Of a stretch of 64,000 bases of DNA, positions 31,124 to 40,261 are shown piece by piece. The notes under the pieces were generated by a model, which saw only the letters and a list, made by a program, of their open reading frames with translations, searched no databases and was not told the DNA's origin. Both the position numbers and the translations under genes were made by a program. The first letter of the stretch is position 1. Each line of letters begins with the position of its first letter. The DNA comes from Bryobacterales bacterium. Lineage in GTDB: Bacteria > Acidobacteriota > Terriglobia > Bryobacterales > Bryobacteraceae. Location of the stretch: contig CAWACO010000003.1 in assembly GCA_963780485.1 (NCBI GenBank), forward strand, positions 174,855 to 238,854. Direction: 5' to 3'.

Positions 31124-31244
31124 GCACTTCCTCCGGAAACATAATTTTGAATTCGCTCCGAAACTAAGCCACTTTGGAAGGGTTCTATCCCAGAGCAGAG
31201 GTGTGTAGCCGTCAATCCGGCAGACACTACTCTTCTCCAAACAG

Positions 31245-31649
31245 ATGCGGACGCAGGGAAGACATTCTGGGATTGCAACTTACGCTCTCATGGCGTTGGT
31301 CCTCGCGGCCCCCACGGCCCTCCCAGGTCAGATGAGAGGACGCCGAGGGACTTCCTCTGGCGCGACACCCCACCCCGAAGCGTTTAAAGGCGTCGTCGTA
31401 ACATTCCAGGGGAAGCTCAAGAAGCTGACAAAGAAAGAAATCATTATCGAGTCAACCGAAGACAATCACGAGCTGCTCACATTCCGCCGAAACAAAGCCA
31501 CCAAATTCCTGGACAAAGACGCCGAGATCAAGCCGGGCGCCATCGACTTTGAAAGTGTGGTTACCGTGGATGCATCCGAGGATGTGGACCTGAAGCTCAT
31601 GGCGGTCAGTGTAAGCGTCGGCGCTCTCAAAAAGGCTGATGCGAAATGA
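31245..31649 (+). CDS. Hypothetical small secreted protein
   Basis: 134 aa with a signal-like N-terminus and a Lys-rich beta-type body. It overlaps the next gene by 11 nt, which suggests an operon. Confidence 0.45.
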   Translation: MRTQGRHSGIATYALMALVLAAPTALPGQMRGRRGTSSGATPHPEAFKGVVVTFQGKLKKLTKKEIIIESTEDNHELLTFRRNKATKFLDKDAEIKPGAIDFESVVTVDASEDVDLKLMAVSVSVGALKKADAK

Positions 31650-33426
31650 GACCTACAGAGCGTATTGGATCCTGCTGGCGCTGGCGACAACGCCGGTCGC
31701 GCGTGCGCAGCCGCCACTCACTTTCACGCGCAATATCGCTCAAATCGTGTACCAGAACTGCGCGCCGTGCCATCGTCCCGGCCAACACGCTCCGTTCTCA
31801 CTGCTCACCTATGAAGATGTAAAGAAGCACGCGACTCAGATTGCGGCCGTAACTCGCCGCGGCTCTATGCCGCCCTGGCTGCCCGAGAACGGCTATGGCG
31901 ATTTCGCCGACGAGCGGCGCTTGACCGCCAAAGAAATCGAGACCATTGCCCGTTGGGTGACCGCCGGTGCGCCCGAAGGCCCAGCCGCCGAAACCCCTCC
32001 ACCGCCGGTCTTCAACGACGACTGGCAACTTGGTAAACCCGATCTCATGCTCGAAGCGCAGGGCTCCTTCGAACTGCCGGCTTCCGGTCCTGAAGTCTAT
32101 TGGAACTTCATCTTCACCCCCGATCTCAAAGCCCGACGATGGATCCGCGCCATCGAGATCCGCCCTGGCCAGGAGCATCTGGTGCATCATGCCAACCTCC
32201 TGATCGACCGTACCGGATCTGCGCGCCTGCAGGAAGCCGCGCCTGGGAAAGGCTTTCCAGGTATGGACCTGGTCATCATGCGCAGCCCGTTCGATCCCGA
32301 CGGCAATTTTCTGTTTTGGAAGCCAGGCAGCACGCCTTACGTCGAACCGGATGGATTCGCATGGAGGCTCGACCCGGGCAATGAGCTGGTGCTTAACACG
32401 CACTTGCGCCCGATGGGCATGCCGATGCAAGTGCGGCCTACCATCGGACTGTACTTCACCGACCGGCCACAGACCAAGTTCCCTCTATTGGTACAACTGG
32501 AGGACGATGCAGCGCTCGACATCCCGGCCGGCGCTCGCGACTTCGTCGTCTCGGACAATTTCCGGCTGCCGCTCGATGCCGATATTCTGGCCGTCTATCC
32601 ACATGCTCACTACCTGGGAAAACTGCTGGAAGCGTGGGCCACATTGCCGGACGGTTCCAAGAAATGGCTGATGCGCATTCCCGATTGGGATCCCGACTGG
32701 CAGGCAGTCTACCACTACCGCGAGCCGCTGTTTCTGCCCAAGGACGCCGTGATCCATTTGCGCTACCACTACGACAACTCGCGGGCCAACCCGCGTAACC
32801 CCAACCACCCTGCACGGCGGGTGCGCGGGGGCAATCAGTCCACCGACGAAATGGGCCACCTATGGCTGCAGATATTGCCGCGCGGCGCAGGCGACCAGCG
32901 CCTGAAGCTGCAGGAAGCCGTGATGCGCCATCACCTGGAAAGAGACCCCCACGATTTCGTGGCGCACATGAACCTGGGAGCGATCCTGCTATCGCGCCTG
33001 GACGCACAGGCGGCCGTGAGCGAGCTGCGGACGGCGGTGCGCCTGGAGCCGAATCGTCCGGAAGCGTGCAATATGCTGGGCCTGGGGCTGGCCAGGCTGG
33101 GCCGCAATGCGGAAGCCATCGGAGAATTCGAGCTGGCGCTGCGCGAGCGGCCAGACTATGCCAGTGCCCGCTTCAACTTGGCCTCGGCTCTGGCTAAAGC
33201 GGGAAAGATCGACGAAGCCGTCGAGAATTTACGGGAGTTGGTTGCTGCGAATCCCGAGGAAAATGCTGCCAAGGTTCGCCTGGCGGACGCGCTCACCGTC
33301 CGTGGCACGCTGCTGTTGCGCGATGGCAAGAACTCTGAAGCCGTGGCGCAATTTGACGAAGCGCTGAAGTTGGATCCCTCGAATGAGGATGCGCGCAAGA
33401 GTCGGGAGCGGGCGCTTCAGCACTAG
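31639..33426 (+). CDS. Secreted CxxCH domain, PHM/DBH-like copper monooxygenase fold and TPR repeats
   Basis: It has a signal peptide and a CAPCH motif (C41-H45). His/Met spacing is HH (183/184), H255, HxH (322/324) and M405. C-terminal TPR repeats follow (NLGAILLSRLDAQAAVSELRTAVRLEPN and others). Confidence 0.7.
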   Translation: MRNETYRAYWILLALATTPVARAQPPLTFTRNIAQIVYQNCAPCHRPGQHAPFSLLTYEDVKKHATQIAAVTRRGSMPPWLPENGYGDFADERRLTAKEIETIARWVTAGAPEGPAAETPPPPVFNDDWQLGKPDLMLEAQGSFELPASGPEVYWNFIFTPDLKARRWIRAIEIRPGQEHLVHHANLLIDRTGSARLQEAAPGKGFPGMDLVIMRSPFDPDGNFLFWKPGSTPYVEPDGFAWRLDPGNELVLNTHLRPMGMPMQVRPTIGLYFTDRPQTKFPLLVQLEDDAALDIPAGARDFVVSDNFRLPLDADILAVYPHAHYLGKLLEAWATLPDGSKKWLMRIPDWDPDWQAVYHYREPLFLPKDAVIHLRYHYDNSRANPRNPNHPARRVRGGNQSTDEMGHLWLQILPRGAGDQRLKLQEAVMRHHLERDPHDFVAHMNLGAILLSRLDAQAAVSELRTAVRLEPNRPEACNMLGLGLARLGRNAEAIGEFELALRERPDYASARFNLASALAKAGKIDEAVENLRELVAANPEENAAKVRLADALTVRGTLLLRDGKNSEAVAQFDEALKLDPSNEDARKSRERALQH

Positions 33427-33483
33427 TGGGCGGGTCTCCATCCTGCTAGATAATTCGCACGCCAATGGTAAGATGAGCTTTCG

Positions 33484-33894
33484 GTGAATCGGAATGACTT
33501 CCGAAAGTTGGCGGTGATCCGACTCGAGGATGCGAGGATTCTACTTCGCAACGGCAGATTCGAGGGTTGTTACTATCTTTCCGGCTACGCTGTGGAATGC
33601 GGCCTGAAGGCTTGCGTCGCGAAATTGACCAAGCGACACGATTTCCCCGACATGAGCCTCAAAGAAGCATACACGCACGATTTGATCAAGTTGCTCAGAA
33701 TCGGAAAACTGGAGGGAGCGAGAAACAGGGAGTTTGAACTTGATCGCGAATTTGAACTTAACTGGTACGTCGTGAAAGAATGGAGAGCAGAGAGTCGATA
33801 TGAGAACCCAGATAGGCAACAGACAGAGAGCCTATTTAAAGCCGTTGCTGATCGCAAGCACGGAGTGCTCCGGTGGCTAAGACAACACTGGTAG
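33484..33894 (+). CDS. HEPN domain protein
   Basis: 136 aa with a GTG start. LEDARILLRNGRFEGCYYLSGYAVECGLKA...YTHDLIKLL...WRAESRYE is the classical HEPN (COG2250-like) helix pattern. The locus is visibly more A/T-rich than its flanks. Confidence 0.75.
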   Translation: MNRNDFRKLAVIRLEDARILLRNGRFEGCYYLSGYAVECGLKACVAKLTKRHDFPDMSLKEAYTHDLIKLLRIGKLEGARNREFELDREFELNWYVVKEWRAESRYENPDRQQTESLFKAVADRKHGVLRWLRQHW

Positions 33895-34265
33895 GGTCGA
33901 GGTCGGCCACATCGGACATCGACGAAGGGCGTAGGTTCCTGGAACTGCTGAGCGAGGCCAAAATCAAAGTGCAGGCAGCACTCTGGCAGTGGAGTGAGCC
34001 TTCTGGCGAGTGGCAGTTTCTCATTGTGACGCCGTTGGTTGAAAAGCTGGGCCTCAAAGAAGCCTATCGGCGGCTTGATGACATATTATCTACAGCCGAG
34101 AACCGACCTTCGATCGACCTGCTGAACGTGTCGCTCATGACTCCTGGGGCTCGCTTTTACAAGAGCCTGCGTCGGGAGCTTCGAAGCGTTCACGATCGCC
34201 AAGTGAGCAAGCGGTCCGTGGGCGATCACTTCCTCGATGAGGCCTTTATCTACTTCGTCAAGTAA
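33873..34265 (+). CDS. Hypothetical protein co-transcribed with the HEPN gene (unknown family)
   Basis: 130 codons. Its GTG start overlaps the HEPN stop region by 22 nt. It has no nucleotidyltransferase fold signature. I recognise only a vague resemblance to uncharacterised small cyanobacterial proteins ending in ...F(I/L)(E/D)(E/D)A(Y/F)IY. Confidence 0.5.
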   Translation: MAKTTLVGSRSATSDIDEGRRFLELLSEAKIKVQAALWQWSEPSGEWQFLIVTPLVEKLGLKEAYRRLDDILSTAENRPSIDLLNVSLMTPGARFYKSLRRELRSVHDRQVSKRSVGDHFLDEAFIYFVK

Positions 34266-34439
34266 CACGCTTGACCTTACTTAAGCCTTTTCAACGATTT
34301 ATAGTACCTCGGGATATACGCCACCCTGTTCCCAAATTAAATCTGTGTCATCCCGCGTCCTATTTACGCGTCTTGGTGTTTAGGTCGATAGCATTGGGGA
34401 TACAATCAATGCAAGCGCCAGTCAGATGGAGGACGGGGA

Positions 34440-36399
34440 ATGATGGTGACACGGCGGTGGTTTACGGTTTTTCTGGGCATCTTGACGCTGGGCCTGGTCG
34501 GGGTTCTAGCGTCGGATGAAACCCCCTTACAGATCCAACATGCCGAGTGCACCTTCTTCGGCCCGGATCACGACAAGTTCGTCCAGGCGGCCAGCCACGG
34601 ATTCCGCAACGGACGCCCGGTCGGCCCCAAGCCTGATTATCGGGCCAGCGCGCTGACCGAAGCAGTGGCGGCAGCGCTGCCTCCACCTCCCGGTACTCGG
34701 ACCGGCACCCTGATCGATCCGGCCACCAACAACACAATCGATCACTACCTGTTTCAAGCCATGGCGCAAGCCAATGTAAAGCCGGCGCCCGCGACCACCG
34801 ACTACGAATTCGTCCGGCGCGTGACGCTCGATCTGAACGGCCGCATCCCTACCGCCGCCCAGGTCACCAGCTTCGTCAACGATACCTCGTCCGACAAGCG
34901 GTCTAAATACATCGAAACTCTGCTGGCGAGCCCCGAATGGGCCGACAAGTGGACTATCTACTTCGGCGATTTCCTCCAGAACAATTCTCGAAACACGCAG
35001 ATTGTGCGCTTCCCCGACGGCGTTACCGCCTTCAACAGCTACATCCGCTCGTCGTTAACGTCGAATAAACCCTACAATCAGATGGCACGAGAGATCATTT
35101 CGGCGACCGGAACCGACAGCTACACCCAGGGTGAGCTGAACTGGCTGGTCGGCGGCGTTGTGACCGGGGGTCCGCAACAGGATATCTGGGACCAGCAGAC
35201 CGCCAACATGGCCGACACATTCCTCGGCCTGGCCCACGTGAATTGCCTGCTTTGCCATAGCGGGCACGGTCACCTGGATTCGCTGAGCCTGTGGGGATCG
35301 CAAATGACTCGCCAACAGGCTTGGGGGCTGTCATCGTTCATGTCGCGCACCGACAATCCCCGGACCACCGTTGCGACCAACGTGTACTACTGGGGGCTCG
35401 CCGACAACACCCGTTACAAGACCGACTATCCGCTGAACACCACCACCGGCAATCGTCCGGCGCGCCAGCCCGTCGGCACCCTGAAGAACATAGCTCCCGC
35501 TTATTTGTTCGGCAACCAGGGCCCTTCGTCGGGGCAAAACTATCGCGTGGCGCTGGCTCAATACGTGACTTCGGATTTTCAGTTTGCGCGCGCGGCGGTG
35601 AATTTCATGTGGGCCGAATTCTTCGGAATGGGAATTGTCGATCCACCAGACCAGTTCGATCCCGATCGTCTCGATCCCAGCAACCCTCCCACTGCTCCCT
35701 GGCCAACCGATCCTACGCAGGCGTGGCCCTTGCAGCCTTCCAATCCTCAATTGCTGGACGCGCTGGCCCAGGATTTCATCAACGGCAATTACGATCTGAA
35801 GGGCCTCATGCGCGAGATCACCAATTCCCAGGCCTATCAACTTTCGTCGCGCTACAACGGCACTTGGGATCCCTCCTGGCAGACTCTGTTCGCCCGCAAG
35901 ATGGTGCGCAGGCTTTGGTCGGAAGAGGTTCATGACTCGATCACGCAATCGAGCGGCGCCGTCCCTACCTACAACATGGGTGCTGTTTACGGCACCACCA
36001 GTTGGGCGATGCAGTTTCCGGAGCCGCTGAACACTCCGGACGGCAATGGCCCGGTAAACAATTTCCTGAATGCGTTTCTGCGCGGCAACCGTGACGACCA
36101 GCCGCGTAAGGGCGACGGCTCCATCTCACAAGCCCTGGACCTGATGAACGACAACTTCGTCATGAGTCGCGTGCAGTATTCCAAGGCGCCTAAAGGCCGG
36201 ATTGCTCGCCCAAGTGCAAGGCATGCCCAACGATCAGGCCGTAAACACGCTGTTCCTGAATGTGCTCTCCCGCTATCCCACCAGCGACGAGATGAATATT
36301 GCGATGGGCCACCTCGCCAGCACTGCAACGCGCAACCAGGAGCTCGAGAATCTGCTCTGGTCGCTATACAACAAAGTAGATTTCGTTTTCAATTACTGA
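34440..36399 (+). pseudogene. DUF1549/DUF1553 (PSD1-type) protein interrupted by a +1 frameshift near its C-terminus
   Basis: DUF1549 motif FVRRVTLDLNGRIPTAAQV and DUF1553 motifs VNCLLCHSGHGHLD and FARAAVNFMWAEFFGMGIV are present. The family C-terminus (NDQAVNTLFLNVLSRYPTSDE...LLWSLYNKVDFVFNY-stop at 36399) is in the next frame, which is open only from 36166. The junction is at about 36166-36204. Confidence 0.75.
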
Positions 36400-36410
36400 G
36401 GAGCAGAGCG

Positions 36411-37808
36411 ATGACTGAGCGTGACAGATTCAATAAATTCGTCGAGCGTTACCCGCATCCGCATATTACGTTTTTCAATAGGCCGCACTTCACCCGCCGG
36501 CGATTCTTCGAAGTGCTAGGAGCGGGAGTGGCGGGCTCCTACCTGGTCGGTAAAGTAGCCAAAGCGGAAGAGACCACGCAAACCGGCGTCACGATGCAGA
36601 ATACCGCCAAGAATTGCATCTTCATTCTGCTGGCCGGCGCGATCAGCCACACCGACACCTTCGATCTGAAAGTGGTCAACGGCGTCACGCCCTCGAATTT
36701 TAATCCGACCATGGTCAACGGTTTGAACTGGCCCATGGGCCTGCTTCCCAAGATCGGCGCACAACTCGGCGATCTTTGCCTGGTGCGCTCCATGAATGCC
36801 TGGGCGCTGGTGCACTCCCTCGCCCAGACCTGGTCGCAGATCGGCCGGAATCCGGCGGCGGCGCTGGGCAACATCGCGCCCAACATTGGCAGCGTGGTGG
36901 CCATCGAAAAGAGCGTTCCCGGCCAGGTCTTCCCGCCCTTTTTGGCACTTAATTCACCGAGTGGTGTCGGCAATGGCTACTTCTCGGCGCAGTACGCGCC
37001 CTTCCGGGTAGTACCTTCCACGGCGGGCGTTCCCAATACATCCAATCCACTCGGCCAGCAGCGCTTCAATGACCTGTGGAGCCGTGTGCACGAACTGGAC
37101 GATCCTCTGCGTACCAACTCGCCCTACGGCCAGCCGCTCCAGGATTACGACGCTTTCTACAATTCGGCCAAGAACCTGACCTACAACAGCGTCGTCAATC
37201 AGGCCTTCGGCTACTCGGCCGCCGACAGCGCGCGCTACGGCAACAGCTCGTTTGGCAACGCCTGCCTGATCGCCAAGCAGGTGCTGGCGGCCAACCAAGG
37301 CACCAACTTCATCCAGATCACCTTCGGAAGCTGGGACATGCATCAGGATATCTACGGCCAGCAGAACCCCAAGGGCAATAACCTGTACACCATGGGCGCG
37401 CCCCTGGACAACGGTGTGTCGGCCATGCTCAGCGACCTGAAGTCCAGCGGCCTGCTGGACGAGACACTGGTCGTAATGGTGGGCGAGTTCGGCCGGACAG
37501 TCGGTCCGGTGACTCCCGCGGGCGGCCGCGATCACTGGGTGCAGCAGACCGCCGTATTCGCCGGAGCCGGAGTCCAAGGTGGCCGCGCCATCGGAACCAC
37601 TAATGCCAGCGGCTCCGATACCACCGACTTTGGCTGGTCCCGCCAGCGCTACGTCAAGCCCGAAGATATCGAGGCCACCATCTATTCGGCCATGGGCATC
37701 GACTGGACCAAGGTCCGCTACGATGACCCGTTCCATCGCGGCTTCGAATACGTTCCGTTCTCGGATCAAGACATCTACGGACCCATCAACGAGCTCTGGA
37801 CCGCATAA
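36411..37808 (+). CDS. DUF1501 (sulfatase-like) protein with a Tat-type signal
   Basis: ATG at 36411, 12 nt after the DUF1553 stop. The N-terminus has FTRRRFFEVLGAGVAGSYL. The body motifs CIFILLAGAISHTDTFD and GEFGRT...GGRDHW are typical of DUF1501. Confidence 0.85.
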   Translation: MTERDRFNKFVERYPHPHITFFNRPHFTRRRFFEVLGAGVAGSYLVGKVAKAEETTQTGVTMQNTAKNCIFILLAGAISHTDTFDLKVVNGVTPSNFNPTMVNGLNWPMGLLPKIGAQLGDLCLVRSMNAWALVHSLAQTWSQIGRNPAAALGNIAPNIGSVVAIEKSVPGQVFPPFLALNSPSGVGNGYFSAQYAPFRVVPSTAGVPNTSNPLGQQRFNDLWSRVHELDDPLRTNSPYGQPLQDYDAFYNSAKNLTYNSVVNQAFGYSAADSARYGNSSFGNACLIAKQVLAANQGTNFIQITFGSWDMHQDIYGQQNPKGNNLYTMGAPLDNGVSAMLSDLKSSGLLDETLVVMVGEFGRTVGPVTPAGGRDHWVQQTAVFAGAGVQGGRAIGTTNASGSDTTDFGWSRQRYVKPEDIEATIYSAMGIDWTKVRYDDPFHRGFEYVPFSDQDIYGPINELWTA

Positions 37809-37868
37809 TCGTAGCGCACGCACTCTTGCATGCTGTGTGCGCACTCATGCGCACACCATAATGGAGGC

Positions 37869-38669
37869 ATGGACCTCGCCAAACATTGCATCGTCAAGCC
37901 CGGCAGCAAGCTGCGCTTGAAGGATCGCGATCCGGATGAAACATTCGGAAAGAGACGCAACGACAAAGCGCTCGAAAAGACGCTCGACCGGCTGCGCCGC
38001 CTCCAACAATTGCTCTACGCCGACCGGCGTTACGCTCTGCTCATCGTCTTGCAGGCCCTCGATGCCGGAGGCAAAGACGGCACCATCCGGCATGTGATGT
38101 CCGGAGTAAACCCGCAAGGCTGTCAAGTCACGGCGTTCAAGGCTCCCACGCAGGAAGAACTCGCGCACGATTTTCTGTGGCGCGTTCACAAGGCGGTTCC
38201 GGCCCTCGGTAACATCGGAATCTTCAACCGGTCGCACTATGAAGACGTGCTGGTGGTGCGTGTCCACAAGCTGGTTCCGAAGCAGCTGTGGCACAAACGC
38301 TACCGCCACATTAATGACTTTGAGCACATGTTGACCGACCACAAGGTCACCATCCTGAAGTTCTTCTTGCATATCAGCAAAGACGAGCAGAAGAGGAGGC
38401 TCGAAGCGCGCATCCTGGATCCCACCCGGAATTGGAAATTCTCGATGGCGGACGTCGAAGAACGCCAGCATTGGGACGATTACACCAAGGCCTACGAGGA
38501 CGCCCTCGAAAAGTGCAGCACTGATTCGGCGCCCTGGTACGTGATCCCCTCCAATAACAAATGGTTTCGCAACTATCTGGTCGCGGAGTTAGTAGTGGGC
38601 ACGCTCGACCAAATGGGATTAAAGTATCCCCGCCCAACGGTCGATATCTCAAAAGTAGCGCTCGATTGA
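37869..38669 (+). CDS. Polyphosphate kinase 2 family protein (single-domain PPK2)
   Basis: Walker A-like motif LQALDAGGKDGTI, then FLWRVHKAVPALGNIGIFNRSHYEDV and the lid motifs. GGAGG precedes ATG 37869. The ORF track starts at 37830. Confidence 0.9.
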   Translation: MDLAKHCIVKPGSKLRLKDRDPDETFGKRRNDKALEKTLDRLRRLQQLLYADRRYALLIVLQALDAGGKDGTIRHVMSGVNPQGCQVTAFKAPTQEELAHDFLWRVHKAVPALGNIGIFNRSHYEDVLVVRVHKLVPKQLWHKRYRHINDFEHMLTDHKVTILKFFLHISKDEQKRRLEARILDPTRNWKFSMADVEERQHWDDYTKAYEDALEKCSTDSAPWYVIPSNNKWFRNYLVAELVVGTLDQMGLKYPRPTVDISKVALD

Positions 38670-39289
38670 CCAACTCCACCACATTCCGCGACAAAGAACA
38701 GGTCCTTTTGGAATTGTCCAAAGCCCTTAATTTTTCCCCGAATTCCCTCGAGGCGAATCGCAAGGGACGGCTCGCGGGTGAACAATTCACAGGACTTATG
38801 GGCAAGTTTGCCACCCCCGCGTTCATGACTGTTCTATTCGCGGCCGCTCCCTTCCTTATCTGGGGCACAATTACCGCGGGCAAGCAACAAGCTTCCTTCA
38901 GCGCCGGTCTCCAGCTCTTCCTGGGGCAGCTGATGCACATTGGCGAGCTCGCCGATGACCAGGGTAAGTTCGCGGTAATTACAAGGGTGGGCTCGCTTCT
39001 TGTGAGCCTGGGCTTAGCGGCCTTGTTTGCTTCCCGCGTTTCCATCGGGCTCTATTTCGATCTGCTGGAAGGAACTGTCCATGTGATCGAAGGACGCATA
39101 ATCGCGCGGGAAGAACAGACTATTCGACCGAACGGGCGCGATCCGATCGAGAAATATTTCTTCGACCTAAAGACCGATCGCTTTCCCGTCAACTTGGCCG
39201 CCTATAGGGCTCTCGAGACTGGCTCGGTCTATGTGCTATACCTGCTCCCGCGCAGCCGCCAACTAGTGGCCATCGAACCGAAATCCTAA
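38666..39289 (+). CDS. Hypothetical membrane protein (2 TM helices plus a small C-terminal domain)
   Basis: The TTG start overlaps the PPK2 stop. There are two hydrophobic segments (FATPAFMTVLFAAAPFLIWG and VGSLLVSLGLAALFA). No known motif was recognised. Confidence 0.4.
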   Translation: MTNSTTFRDKEQVLLELSKALNFSPNSLEANRKGRLAGEQFTGLMGKFATPAFMTVLFAAAPFLIWGTITAGKQQASFSAGLQLFLGQLMHIGELADDQGKFAVITRVGSLLVSLGLAALFASRVSIGLYFDLLEGTVHVIEGRIIAREEQTIRPNGRDPIEKYFFDLKTDRFPVNLAAYRALETGSVYVLYLLPRSRQLVAIEPKS

Positions 39290-39516
39290 TCAGCCCACGT
39301 GGCGGCAGGTCTTCGACGATCCGTTCTGCATAATCACACCCCGCCGAGAGTCTCCGACGAACCACCTAGCCCGACTAAGAGGAATACCCATCTCTACGTA
39401 ATGCCTCAAAACCTATCTAACATGCGCTGAACATCCGATGAAATGGTTGCGACATTCGACGAATTGCCAGGAGCACAGATTTGTATCTGGTCCAAATATT
39501 TCGAGCAAGCCCCCTG

Positions 39517-40185
39517 ATGGGCCTCGCCCTATGCATGTGCCTGGCGACCATCTTCTGGTGTCTCCTTCTGGCGCGCCGGCAGCAAGGCCGCTTCGATCGC
39601 ATGTTGACCGGCTTGCTCGGCATGATCGCGATTTACGAAGCGCTGCGCGTATTGAAGGATTGCGGCGTCATCCGCTTTCCCGGTTTCCAGCAACTGAACG
39701 GCTGGGTGGATTTCATTATCGCCGGCACTTACCTGCTCGCCGGTTTCATTCTGAAGTACTCGGGCAGCGACCGCGCCAACACCAAGGTACGGCTGCGGCT
39801 GGTGGAAGCCAACGAAAAGACCATGGATGTCGGAAGGGCGCCCAGCGCTCCAGAGACAACGCACGCGGTTTTCGATGCCTCTCCGCTCGCCACCTTCGCC
39901 GTGGATACCAAGGGCGTAGTGATCTATTGGAACGGGGCTGCGGAGCGGCTGTTGGGCTGGAAGCGAGAGCATATACTGGGCCAGCGGCTGCCTTTCGAAG
40001 GAAAAGGTCCGCTAAGGAACAGTCGTGGACACGACATCGAGGCCGCCATTTGGACTGCGCCGATTAACTCTCCTAATGGATCACCCCGGGGCACATTGAT
40101 CATTGCAGCCGGCAGTGTGGCGTTACGCGATGCGGGCCTGGCTCCAAATCTGCCTTCCAAAACCCAATTGGCGCTGAATCACTGA
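39517..40185 (+). CDS. Membrane-anchored stand-alone PAS domain protein
   Basis: Three hydrophobic helices, then a PAS-like core FDASPLATFAVDTKGVVIYWNGAAERLLGWKREHILGQRLP. There is no kinase or other output domain. Confidence 0.55.
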   Translation: MGLALCMCLATIFWCLLLARRQQGRFDRMLTGLLGMIAIYEALRVLKDCGVIRFPGFQQLNGWVDFIIAGTYLLAGFILKYSGSDRANTKVRLRLVEANEKTMDVGRAPSAPETTHAVFDASPLATFAVDTKGVVIYWNGAAERLLGWKREHILGQRLPFEGKGPLRNSRGHDIEAAIWTAPINSPNGSPRGTLIIAAGSVALRDAGLAPNLPSKTQLALNH

Positions 40186-40261
40186 GCCGTCACAGCTTCC
40201 GTAACCCGTAACCGCTTGCCGACGCGAGAGAGCGGCGCTAAGCTTTGAGGGTGGAGTTCAC

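Noticed and set aside
33873-33930. GSRSATSDID near the N-terminus of the HEPN partner, resembling the GS...D.D motif of minimal nucleotidyltransferases.
   Set aside because: The spacing between GS and DxD is about half of that in MNT proteins. The rest of the sequence shows none of the NTase fold pattern. I treat it as coincidence unless a profile search says otherwise.
36202-36399. A 65-aa ORF as an independent small gene, and likewise ORF 11123-12901 as an independent gene with its own start.
   Set aside because: Both are the downstream halves of frameshifted genes. Their N-terminal residues are alternate-frame read-through, and family similarity begins only at the frameshift junction.
34440-37808. 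The 1122-aa ORF taken at face value as one giant DUF1549-DUF1553-DUF1501 fusion protein.
   Set aside because: The linker (36190-36410) is compositionally nonsense. The true DUF1553 C-terminus and stop are in the adjacent frame (36166-36399). The DUF1501 part begins with its own ATG and Tat-type leader at 36411.
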